A stretch of 61,503 bases of DNA, filler included, from Choristocarpus tenellus KU-1152 (taxonomy: Eukaryota > Protista > Phaeophyceae): NCBI GenBank assembly GCA_964200185.2. It is 11 parts of 11 records of this genome, joined end to end, with 100 filler letters (N's around TTAATTAATTAA, not from the genome) between each part and the next. Parts side by side here need not be neighbours in the genome. Positions count along the whole stretch, not along the records: positions 48,761 to 58,166 come from CAXNAD020003703.1; positions 58,267 to 61,503 come from CAXNAD020021340.1; 9 more parts are not named here. The stretch is one strand, 5' to 3'. The notes below the pieces were generated by a model that was given only the letters and a program-made list of their open reading frames with translations, made no database searches and was not told where the DNA came from. Within the stretch, counting starts at the first letter, position 1, and each line of letters opens with the position of its first letter. Position numbers and translations under genes: made by a program. Below, in pieces: positions 50,259 through 61,503 of the stretch.

Positions 50259-52520
50259 TGTTCGATTAGACTCTTCCAACTCTATCGGACAGTTACAGTG
50301 GAATATGTATGGAGTAACGGAACAATCAAGTAGTGGTTGAGTTATCAGAACCTTTTACTAGTGACTAGTTGTATGAGAATGTTTCTGATAAAGAAGGAAA
50401 TATTTCTGATTTTATTGGGGCGTTGCATGTCCCACTTACCTTTAATCAATCACTCTACAGACACCAAGCAATCTCGCCGAGTTTATCACCTTTATCCTCT
50501 TTTATGATTTGGGAGATAGTTTAACACAATATATTGAACCTTAGGTTTCTAACCCATCATTTCATCATGTCTACACGAGGAGATGTGATTCAAGAATTGT
50601 GGGGGAACCTGTTCCTTCCGAGGGCCCATCTGTCCAAGAATTCAGACAGCTTATGGCGACGGTAGCGGAGTTGGCAAGAAACGTTGGCAGTCTCATGGTT
50701 CAGTCTGAAAGAGTCGGCGACGGAAATCATCCCGTCGTCGAGGCCGCTCTGCCCAGCACACGGCCTCCGGCTGGGGGCGTACCAGTCAAAGTGGGTCCTA
50801 TGGAACCCATGTTGAGGGAAAATTTCCCAGAGAGGGGAAACAGTTTGGATGCTGCGAGCGTCAGAAGTGGAGAAAGTCGGATGTCCAGTTCTTCGGAGAG
50901 CTTGGGGTCAGGCGCACATATTGTTCGCCCTATGTCAAAGAGATCAAGAACCCCACCACCGAAACTATTGGACGACTTGGACTACCGGGACTGGCGGAGG
51001 CGTTTCATCGTTCATGGCCGATATACTCACTGCTTGGATGCGTTGACAAGTGAAAGACCAGTCAATCACGAACACTCCTACGAGGAACTTCTCTCGGACG
51101 GCTTCAGTGCGAATGATATCTGGATGGCCGAAGAGGCCTACCATGCACTTACTGTTGCTCTCGTTGCTCCCACCACCAGGGCACTGTGCTATGCGCACCA
51201 AAGCCCGAGCGAGCTTTTCCGAGCAATAGATCATTGGTTCATGCCTAATAAAGTGGGTAATAGCCAACACTTGTTTCGTGAGTTTTTCACTTCAAAGGCA
51301 GTGAAGGGGGCGAATCCAATCCTTACCTTAACTGCCTGGAAGAGCTACAGGGGAGGATGCTATCAATGGACCTGGTGATCTCGGACAAGCTGCTGCTCCT
51401 ACAGTTCCTGAGTGCTCTCGGATCAGATTACGATACCGAAATACGCATGATGGCCTCGCAGAGACACTATGTCAAGCAGACGTAGAGAAAACTGCTAGAG
51501 AGCGATATGCTTCCCTTCATCAGGGGAAGGACTCAAGACATGCTTTGGTCGTTAACGGCTCATCGCAAGGGAAGAACCAGTCTCATCGCAACGGCCAAGG
51601 TCACGGGGCCGAACGTAAATGTAATGGTGGAAGAAAGAAAAATGGTTCTAATTCCAACCCAAAACGTTCTTAGAAGATTCCTTGTGAGAGATGCGGAAAG
51701 CATGGACATGAGAAGCCAGCTTGCCCAAACCGCATTTGCACTAAATGTGGCGGACGTACCCATGATGCAACAACATGCACTTCGGTATTCTTGACTACAG
51801 TGCAGTCTGGGAAAGAAGAGATCAAGACTGAGGCGAATCCTTCCCACATTACTGTGGAAAGTACCACCAGCTGCAGTGACAACGAGTGATACGCACTACT
51901 GGTCGCCACTGAGGACTCTCCGAGCAGCAATGCTCCAGGCAAGTGTGGGGCAAACGAATGTTTGGTGTCAAGTGTTGGGATTGGCCGCGAGAGAGAAGAA
52001 TGGATTTTGGACAGTGCGGCTTCATGTCATACAACAAATATGGTAAAATCCATGAAAGGGTAGTCACTGCTAGCCTAAATTCCTTTCGCATCGCTGTCAT
52101 GGTGATCTAACCATCTTGTTTCCGTCACGTGACAACAAGGAGGTAGAAATACTCCTTAAAAATGTCGCTCATGACCCTGATCTCGGGTTGAACCTTTTCT
52201 CTTGCCAAGCAGCAGCTGATAAGGGTGCAAAAGGCATTTTCACAGCCAGCACATTCTCACTATTAGGTGGAGTACTTACCTTCGCAAGAGATCCGGGTTG
52301 CCACTACACCCTCCATGGTCAACACATATTGCTGCGACTAGATGGAAATGCTGAAGTTGATTTAAAGGCCACTATAGCCCCGTCGCTTGCACCCCACACT
52401 CCCCACACGGAGATCGACATTAACCTCTTCCACCACTCTTATGGCCACGCACACAAGGCATTGCTCAAGTCCACTGCCACTTCAATGGGCATTACAGTTG
52501 GTGGGTGAGCTGGAGCCATG
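50259..52520 (+). mobile_element. Ty1/Copia LTR retrotransposon, 5' part: LTR (about 50259-50540), decayed PBS, Gag, zinc knuckles, protease, GAG-pre-integrase
   Basis: Gag DYRDWRRRF...SPSELFRAIDHWF; CERCGKHGHEKPAC and CTKCGGRTHDATTC; protease WILDSAASCH; LFHHSYGHAH pre-integrase motif directly after the protease (Copia order). Multiple frameshifts and stops. Confidence 0.9.
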
Positions 52521-52892
52521 TGTTCGTAGATAGTACTGCTGATACACTATAGACACCACTGGTGGATTATGCGATAGGGTAGAGAACCAGTGACAGACAT
52601 ATTAGATGTACTGACTCATAGTGTTGATTGGTTATATCATGTTCAAGATACATTTCCTATAGTTAAGATAAGTAAATAAGTAATTCATAGTAAATTAGTC
52701 TGGACGATTACAAACCCCACACTATAGAGTAATGATGGTAGTTAAGGCTAGAGTCTCACCCACGAGCTCAGTCAGCGGAATCGAGACCACTAGCCCATTG
52801 TAATACGAACATTGTTCATCCATATCAAGCTGTTCTTTGTCCTTCATTAAAGCACCATAAAAGCCGCGGGTCCAGTGTGGGATAGTTCAACA
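52521..52892 (+). mobile_element. 372-bp LTR, copy 1
   Basis: TGTTCGTAG...TTCAACA; direct repeat of 54887-55258; truncates the Copia pol. Confidence 0.88.
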
Positions 52893-53174
52893 CGCTACGT
52901 AGCAGACCGAATATTCCTGGGACGTTGTGCGAAGCGACAAGACTGGTAGTGAGTATTGTTATTGAGTACAAGACATCTGCGGCAACCCCATCAGGGTCGC
53001 CAACCTCCTCACGTTCGCTGGGAAGTGGGGAGAGGATTTCCTCGCTTCTTCAGTGAGAGCCCAAGCTACCCTTAGAGTCTGACTGTGACTTCGGTCTTCA
53101 TGGCTTCGACATCATCTGTAGGGGATCAGTCTGGGCAGTGGACGTGGAGTTGAGTTAGACTTCCAGCATGGAGC

Positions 53175-53612
53175 TTGTCAAGTTCCTTTAGTGGCAAAGG
53201 TAACTGCCACGCTGTGGTTGTGAGTGCGGGAAGGTGGACTGCTGGTAGAAGGGGTCGAGAAAAGGGCCGTGTAGTCTGTTTTATGTGTGGCAAAGATGGC
53301 CACACCAAGTACCACTGCCCCATCCTCGATCGGGTTACAAGACTGGGGGGAGATGACGGTCAAGGTAGAAGATGCATGAGATGCACAGGGTTGGGTCACG
53401 AGATGAGCGAATGTCCCCTGGCTGTTCGAGTCAGGGAGAGGACAAGAATACCTTCTGGAAAGGGGGCTAAGGAGGGCTCGCATATGGTATCGACCACAAC
53501 TCCTCCCCCAACCGAATCTCGAGAGGTGGAAGACATCAGTTCGAGACTGGACAGGTTCGAAGGCTTCATCAGGAGCTCTTATTTCGGTGACAGAGAAAAT
53601 TACCCGTTGTGA
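53175..53612 (+). mobile_element. Retroelement Gag C-terminus with two CCHC zinc knuckles
   Basis: CFMCGKDGHTKYHC and CMRCTGLGHEMSEC. Confidence 0.8.
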
Positions 53613-53844
53613 CTGTTTTCCCTTGTGTTTATTGTCATTCTGAATTATTATAATTTGAGTTTGTCCCCCATCTGTATTGTCTATTTTTGTGCATACCCAC
53701 AGTAGTCAAGTGACAGCTGTGGTTTTGTATGCAGACTGACTGTCGTCAAGGAGAGGTTTTCCTCATTTTTGTGTGTATGGTATTTCAGTGATATGTCAAT
53801 TGTTTAGTACTACTCTTTCGAAATATTCACCTTAGGCGTGACGC

Positions 53845-54710
53845 TAGGGATATTTCGTGGATCGTGGGAGACGCAACATAGTATTGCTAAGGACCCCGCT
53901 ATTTCCAGGATCGTGCGAGATGCAAAATGGTATTGCTAAGGACCCACCATTCCATGGATTGTGAGAGACGCATTTTGGTATGGCTAAGGACCCACAGTAG
54001 AAAACACCCCAGGATGTGTTCGTAGAGATTGTGATAGGATAGGTAGGAAGTGACAGTTCCACCATATTACTTTGTTCCGAAGATTTGTAGTGGTGATGTA
54101 CTAGGGGAGATGAGCCAAAGTATCTTAGAGGGTACAGCCGCGTCCATTTGGAGACGAAAATCCAATGTCGCAATTTTGGTGTAATTTTGACTATCATGTT
54201 TATTAGGAGATGTCAATATCCTTGTCTGGACGCTCTTTTCATAACGTATACATTTTACCTACTACGAAACATTTCGAAGTAGGTAAAATGTCAATAAAAA
54301 CCCATGGGAAGCCAAGCCCCACATGGACAAAGAGGACAAACTTCGTACCCTCTAAGATACTTTCACTCAGATTTTGTTGATTGTAGGAGATGCTGTATGC
54401 ATTGCTAAGGATTCTGCCATTTCATGGATTTTGGGAGACGCAACATGGCATCGCCTAGGACCTGCAGGAGAAGTATCCAATAATATTTCCACTCGAGGCT
54501 ACAATAGGAGGTAGATATGAGGTGGGATCTGTGTTCCAGTGACCTGCAGCAGTGATGTACTAGGGAGGTTTTGTTGATTGTAGGAGACGCTGGATGCATT
54601 GCTAAGGACCCTGCCATTTCATGGGTTGTGGGAGACGCAACATGGCATTGCTAAGGACCTGCAGGAGAAAGTACCCGATAATGTTTCCATGGGAGACTGC
54701 AGCAGGACAA
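53845..54710. repeat. Satellite with about 49-bp subunits (tgctaaggaccc...gggagacgcaacatgg) and a higher-order unit, interrupted by a MITE
   Basis: About 8 recurrences of the gctaaggac-like core; longer duplicated blocks. Confidence 0.85.
54112..54368 (+). mobile_element. Complete 257-bp MITE (family A), 24-bp TIRs, 4-bp TSD AGAT; Sola2-like
   Basis: AGAT|GAGCCAAAGTATCTTAGAGGGTAC...GTACCCTCTAAGATACTTTCACTC|AGAT; the empty-site paralog is visible in the next satellite unit at about 54550-54585. Confidence 0.92.
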
Positions 54711-54886
54711 AAGGTTTAAATTGATGACTGATTTTTTTGTACCTACACAGACCCAACGTCAACATTGATGTTAGGGTATATTTATTGCATTGTTTTTGAG
54801 AGAGTTTGCATAAGTTTGTTTCTCTTTCTCCAAGTTTGAGAGAAGTATATTCTCAGGGTGTAGAGTGTCTGCGCAGCAAGCGAGAG

Positions 54887-55258
54887 TGTTCGTAGATAGT
54901 AGTGCTGCTGATACATATAGACACTACCGGTGGATAATATATTAGGATGGAGAGCCAGTGACAGATATATAGTATGTACTGACTCATAATGTTGATTCGT
55001 TTTTATATCATGTTCAAGATACACTTCCTATACTTAAGACAAGTAAATAAATGATTCGTAGTAAATTAGTGTGGACGATTACAAACCCCACACTATAGAA
55101 ATAATAATGATAGTTAGGCTAGTCTCACCCACGTACTCAGTCAGAGGAATTGAGACCATAAGGCCCCTTGTAATATTAACTTGCTCATCTACATCAAGCT
55201 GTTCTTTATCCTTCATTAAAGCACCGAAGCTGCGGGTCCAGTGTGGGATACTTCAACA
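54887..55258 (+). mobile_element. 372-bp LTR, copy 2
   Basis: Same length and termini as 52521-52892, moderately diverged. Confidence 0.88.
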
Positions 55259-55946
55259 GACCCCAGGACATCCCAAAGGCAAGAAGGCCAGGCCTCTGTC
55301 GCAGCTACACACACTCCAATGTAGCCTGTGCGTTCTGTAATTACCTGAAAGAGGGATTAGCGCTTGAAGACTTAGCATAGCGAAGCATATGGTCACCATA
55401 TCCTTCCGAAATCATACACTTGCATCGAAATCAGAGAGACGTGGTGTTCACCAGTTCCACCGTAGCTCCGAACCGTTGACGCACACGTCCTTCCATCAAG
55501 AGCAGAACGAAACCTAACGACAAAGTTTGTGTCCTCCGATATCCGCGTTTCGATATGCATCGGAAGTAAATGATGTTCCTTCCAGTGTCTGTTTCCGATC
55601 CCAACCCTAGCACCTGTCCCAACCCTAACCCTATGCCCCAACCCTCACACCGTCCCTCACTCTTACACAATAATGAAATTATGCCAAGTCATGTTTCACT
55701 CTTCCTTATCCGCTCGCCTCATATCATTTTTGCCATACTTTACCGTACGACAAAGTATGGCAAAGGTTGCGGCCGTCCATGTTAAGAATATGCTTTTTTA
55801 TTCATGTGTAAAAGATTCTGTGGGAGAATTCTTGAACTATTGTTGGATTGTGGGATAATTTATAGTAATCTTTTTTATCAGGTGACTACGAAAATATTGT
55901 CTGAGTTATTATTATAGTACAACAAGAAGAATCCTAGAAAAGGAAT

Positions 55947-57174
55947 GTTGTAGCAAGTAACATAGCAAGTAACATGGATTGAGTGACGTGTTATTAGAAT
56001 ATGAATTGTAAGGTGATGACCCCCTTGCTTGGAGCTTTGAAGTTCACTCTCCTTCCTTACACCTTTCTTACTTCATGTACAACCTGTTCTGCATAATAAG
56101 GAATTAATCGAGTCATTTACATGCACAAGTCTTGGGAACACCGATTTCTTTAACATGCTAGCTAGCATTACTTATTGAATTGTGCTAAGTTCTCAAGGCT
56201 AGCGTTAAATCGACTTGACGGGGAGTCCCGATGGAGGAGGCCGTCGGTTATAGAAGACATACTTCGAGAAGAGCGGAGTATGGAGACACGACACCTGCAA
56301 CACCAGTTGAAGAAGGTGGAGAGGCGGTCGAGTCTGAGGATGATGAAGACGGAGGGGAGTTTAGCAGAACCGCGCAACAGGGGGTACCAACTGGACGGAG
56401 ATTAAGACAACTGATTTCATTGCCATCAACGTTTAAGGTCTACAGTGGTGATGATGATGATGATGGTGATGGATATGCCATGTTTGAACGAAAATTCCTT
56501 TCGTGAACTACCATGGGCGACTGGAAGGATACGTTGTTATCTGATGATCGCATCAGAGTCAGCAGCGATTCCTTCGACGATTCAAGATGGTCTTAACGAG
56601 AAATCGAAAAGGTAAGTATGGCCATGGCTGCTCTAGTGATGGCTTTGGGCGGGTTCGCGGAACAAGTGGCGAGCAACCAATACAGTCCTTCCGAAGCTTT
56701 TCCAAGCTTTGAGGAACCACTTTAGGAGAAGTGGTATCACTGAAAGGGCTAACTTGCGATTGAAGCTTAATTCGTTACATTTACCTGCTGGAGAGGATCC
56801 ATCCACAGTCATCATGGAACTGGACAGCATTGTGAAGAAAATGCGATCCCTGGATGATGAACCGAGTGATGAAGAGCAATTGAGTGCCATACACAATTGC
56901 TTGACTGACGAATATTTTATTGAGATTCGACAGGTCACAGGATGCGGTCGGGCAGCGAGGATGGATCTACAACAACAAATTTGCGAAACGTATCAACTTC
57001 GTAAACGACAGCTTAATCGACGGATGGGAACTAATGGTGGTGTTGATGGGTGGAGGTCCCTGTTCGAGTAGTGGAACTGCAGATTTTCAGAAGGATCGGC
57101 AGTCAAGACGTGTGGAGTGCTGGCAGTGTGGAGGACCACACTTTCAATCTTCCTGTCCCACCGTTGTTAAATAA
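55947..57174 (+). mobile_element. Second Copia-like element: probable LTR (about 55947-56155) and degenerate Gag with zinc knuckle
   Basis: YAMFERKFLS*...SPSEAFQALRNHF...LKLNSLHLPAGEDPSTVIMELDSIVKKMRSL...CLTDEY (UBN2-type Gag); CWQCGGPHFQSSC; stops and frameshifts. Confidence 0.8.
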
Positions 57175-58266
57175 AATCCAGTACAAAACCCTTCAAAAGA
57201 TCTTATCATACCCTTTCATTTTATATACATATATATATATATATTGTATATCTGTTGTGATGTTCCCGTCAACAAATTCAAGATTGCCACAGAGGGCGAA
57301 GCTACAGGTACCACCTTACTGCAATTTTATACACGTTGCACACCAGTACTACACTTTAGTAACTATGTAGATCAAATTTCGCAAACTGTCATGAACGAAC
57401 CCTATGTTACACACAATTTGGTCTGGAGGTGTTACGGTCACTACATAGCATTCCATACGTTTTCGTTGTCAATGTTGTGGGCGTAACATAGTGGTTCTAT
57501 TTTAACGTAACACACGTTGTGTCAGGGCACAAAATAGTGTGATGTAGTAATTTCGTTATATTATTAAATTATCATAATGAAGAGTATAGTTGGTACTATA
57601 GTGTTGTAAATCGTGACGGTGCAATCGGCTTTAGTTCGATTTACTGGAATAATCGAAAAAATGAACTGAAGACGTTGGTTATTCGGAAATTTAGAAGTCA
57701 CAGAACGACATCTTCGCCACCAAGTTTCACTACCCACGGCTCATTATACATATATATCGCTGTTCATGACTTCAGATCTGCCAGCTAATACTTGTGGAGG
57801 CTTTGCAGTCTTCGACCGTGCATACTTCGAGTGTGTCACCTCTTCGGTGGACAGTTTAATCTGATCAATCGATAATCGATAATTTTCTACCCAAAAATTA
57901 GAACTGTAAAGTCTTTCGGTTCACAGCATTAGTGATTACATGGTTGAGTGGTATCTACTACTACTACTGCATGAGATTTCACCCTCTCAACGGAAGAAAC
58001 GACAGAACATCTGGATTTGCCTTTGGACATCAACGTCATCACCATACAACAATTGACACAAAAACAGAGTACAGCCGTGAATAAGACCCAAAGTATCTTG
58101 GGGGGGGGGGGGGTCTACACCAGGGTGTCAATTTGGGTAAAATCGGGAAAAGTGTATTTACTTTATNNNNNNNNNNNNNNNNNNNNNNNNNNNNNNNNNN
58201 NNNNNNNNNNTTAATTAATTAANNNNNNNNNNNNNNNNNNNNNNNNNNNNNNNNNNNNNNNNNNNN

Positions 58267-60176
58267 CCCTCTCAGATGCTTTGAGGCAGAAGGCTCAACG
58301 GTGGGGCATCAAGGATGAGCTGGTCGATGGGATTGAGCCGAACGAGGAAGGTTTCATGTGGTTTAACATCAACCAACATTTTCAGAACACACTGGAGGAA
58401 TTTGCAGAAACACTGCAAGAGAGAGTGATCAGCAAGAGAATACTTCCTGATGGGCGCATGGCTTTGTTTTGCTTTCAAGACGAGTCCATATTCAGAGGTA
58501 AGGGCGGTGTTTTTGGAACCGAACTGTTCGCGGTAGTGCACTATGTGCTTTGATGATCCAGTACTCTACTAAGTCCGGAGTACTTTAGATAAAATACAGA
58601 GTACTCCAACTACTCCGGAGTAATTGCTAACAATGCACCATTTCCCTCGACACAAACATTGCATCTTCATGATCGCTAGCAAACCACGGGAAGATTTTGC
58701 TTGGCTCTTCCTTGGGCTGACCACGCTAAAGAGCAAATCTGAGGGAGCTGGGGTAATGGTGTCTCGTACAGTGACGAAGGATGGTTTCCTGTACTCAACG
58801 GAACAACAGGTCGAGGAGACTTGTAGGATCCGGAGGGAGCACTGTGATATTGATGCGGTAAGGGCAGCACGTGGAGAGCTCACTGGTAGGAGGCCAGAGA
58901 AGTATCTAGACCTCAACATGATGTACAACAACGAGGATGGTGTGTACTGGCTTTACTACTTGCTCGAATATGGTAAGAATCGAGAGGATATTGGAATGCT
59001 AAGAAAATGCTGGACCACACTGCAAATGTAATGGATTTGCTTGAAGCGATCCTAGGGAAGAAGTACAGACCTTTGTTCTGTTTTGACTGGTATTCTTGCA
59101 ACGACTGTCTGGAAGAGGATGCAGCGTCTGTCTCCAGAATGAATGTTGGAGTAGGCGGCCAGAGGTAGGGGGTGAAGTTGCCGCCAATCCTACCCACTAG
59201 GCTGTTGGCAGATACACCTCGCATGAAAGCTGGTGATATTCAGACGCTCACGTTCGCTCAGGGTGATCCACCCCCATTCGACCAGCCCAACATACCTACC
59301 AATGAGTATGTTGGATAGGTTAAGGGGATGAGACATATTTTGCAAGAGAGAGGTTGTATATCCTAGGGATGACCAAGGGCAGGGGCAGGGACAGGAATAA
59401 GAGCATGAGCATGGCGCACGTTCTTGAGGAGCAGCCAGATTTCAAGGTGGTAGAACCGAGTCTTAAGATACTGGTTGAAAGTCTTGGAGGACACTGTTTG
59501 ATGCTTCCAAAGTACCACTGTGAATTGAACCCGATAGACGTGGTCTGGGGGTGGGCGAAGCACTATGTACGAGGCCATTGCGGCTACACGTTGCCTGGAA
59601 TGAGAGCCAACATTCCTCTCAATCTTAAGGAGGAAGGGGGGCTTCCCAGAGTAATTTCGGAGAGGTTCTTCAGGATGAGTATTGCTTACCATCTCATCTT
59701 CCAACAAGAAAGGCATGGAATGCACCAAATTGGACAGGGGGTACAAGACATTTAAGTCTCACAGGAATCCTGCACCTTCAGAATATCTCATTTGACTTAG
59801 CATGGATTGTCTGGTTCAGAGGCCTGGGCCGCCATGAGTGAGCCTTAGTCAGCAGGTGACAACATCGCATAAACGGGAATTAATGGAAAGAGAATGGAGA
59901 GATAACAACGCCCATGTTTTCCGGGTGAAGATGGCCTCTTCTGGCGTCAAATTCATCCCCAAATGCGCGGTTCGCGCGCGCGGACTACTTGATTTAAGTA
60001 TGGTCCTGTATTTCTCACGATTACTGCAAGTTGACCAACCGAGACCCATCACATAACATCAAATAGGATTAGGCATGCTGATGCAATTACAACGAACGAA
60101 TTTTCATGAAAAAAATGGTTGTTGATCAAAAGTTATGGCATGGCAACGTTGATGTAGGAGTAGGCTGCCAACACTG
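58267..60176 (+). mobile_element. ITm (IS630/Tc1/mariner) DNA transposon with degenerate DDE transposase, probable intron 58498-58679, and right TIR
   Basis: FCFQDESIFR; KSKSEGAGVMVS; EYGKNRE-GYWN; LFCFDW; RMNVGVGGQ; VLEEQPDF; GHCLMLPKYHCELNPIDVVWGWAKHYVRGHC. Ends GCTGCCAACACTG at 60176. Confidence 0.88.
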
Positions 60177-61359
60177 CAGTACAACACGTAGTGGATATGG
60201 TTTGAACATACCCCAAACGTCATGACCATTTAATTCGGCAAACCAGTGAAAAGCCCTGAAAATAAACAACACTGACATAGGCGAGCAAAAAAGATACTCC
60301 CCACCAGAACAATCTTGAGTATGTTCAAATGTATTATTTGTACATACTACAATGACACAAGCACATCACCTAGTGATTTTAGGGAGTGCAGCCACTCAAT
60401 GGATCAGTGTAGAGCTACTGAACGCGAGTGAGAGAAGTATGTAACTGATATGTCTTCAATTCTCATTCAGGGCCTACTGTCACTGGCTGGAATATATGGT
60501 GTGCCGGCTTTTTCAACTTAGTGACTCCTTCTGTACTGAGCCTCTTATTGATGTTGACAAATGTACTTAGTGAAATTCTGTGAGGTGGTTTTCCCCCACT
60601 CCGTAAAACGCATATATATACGTATATATGGAACAATGTGATCGGGGATGAAGGGTCAATGGTCGCGGAAGAAATACGATCAGCCCAAGACCCTCACAGG
60701 CCACGCGCCTACAGCATTTTCCAGCCATTAAGTCAAGCCCGGGAATGAATATATTGCAATTGTAGGTATCCATGGAAAAGGCAGACAAGCAACTTACAAG
60801 TTTAGATTGATAGCCCTTGACCTGGTCATTCCTTCTTTTTGTTTATTGCTGCAAGAGTTGGGATTATAATATACTACAAACTAATATATTGTTCAGGAAC
60901 TGTGCCGTTTCCTCAGTTTCCTTTCGAGACCGAAACAAAGCAAAGTAAATATAGCCTCATGGGCAACCTTCGTTTAACAACAAACCAATATGGTAACCAG
61001 CACTAAAACATTGCTCTACACAATATGCTTGCATCTCCATGATTGATGGAAAATGTCGCCCTTTGTCTCTCTGGTTTCTACGATTGACTGCATTTTACAT
61101 AAACCACAACAGCACATCAGCATATTGTTGGGTATGAGTACGTGGTGCGCATGATGTAGGGCCTAGATCTCTTCACACACACAACGAATGCATGGACTCA
61201 CTGAGCGCTTGATTGGATACCAACTTCCACAACACACAATAGTCGTATACAAACTCTACCTCTACAATTCCTTCTCACACGGTGTTCATGTATTTTTTTG
61301 GATGGGAGTGGTAACCAAGATTCGAGGACTATTTTGTTGAGTAGCTTAGCGCGTGGAAA

Positions 61360-61503
61360 GGGCTCAAAGTATCTGGGAGGGGGTGGTGGCTGTCCGTTTG
61401 GGGTCAATTTTTTCATCTTGCAGTTTTTGTGTGATTTGGTTGCATACGTCGGATGGATAATGTAAGTGCAATTTTCCTGGTTATGGCCCAAATGGACAAC
61501 CTG
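61360..61503 (+). mobile_element. Left end of a MITE related to family A
   Basis: GGGCTCAAAGTATCTGGGAGGGG...GTCCGTTTGGGG. Similar GACCCAAAGTATCT starts at about 34447 and 58085. Confidence 0.5.

Noticed and set aside
53845-54710. Regularly spaced gctaaggaccc motifs as a CRISPR-like array
   Set aside because: The intervening sequences are homologous to each other, so this is a satellite.

Overview
This window is eukaryotic, intron-rich, transposon-rich nuclear DNA, and it is not one locus. It is 11 short contigs joined by artificial 100-nt linkers (44 N + TTAATTAATTAA + 44 N), so no linkage can be inferred across linkers. Long introns, TTAGGG repeats and the retroelement types suggest a stramenopile, probably a brown alga or close relative (inference). 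Phase-consistent exon chains can be read for four host genes: a B12-dependent class II ribonucleotide reductase (NrdJ/RTPR type, 6 exons), calnexin (4 exons), a kynurenine/glutamine aminotransferase (2 exons) and an MFS transporter. Orphan exons are also present. The rest is decayed mobile DNA: Copia Gag/Pol and solo LTRs, LINE/CRE remnants, mariner, pogo, an intron-containing ITm transposon with a very long D-to-E spacing, Sola2-like MITEs and a possible Crypton. The most notable signals are (1) the intron-containing class II RNR and (2) about 28 short interstitial TTAGGG tracts, two with footprints suggesting de novo telomerase-type insertion. GC-AG introns and AAG acceptors also look frequent in a small sample. 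All family assignments are from motif recognition by eye; no database search was run.
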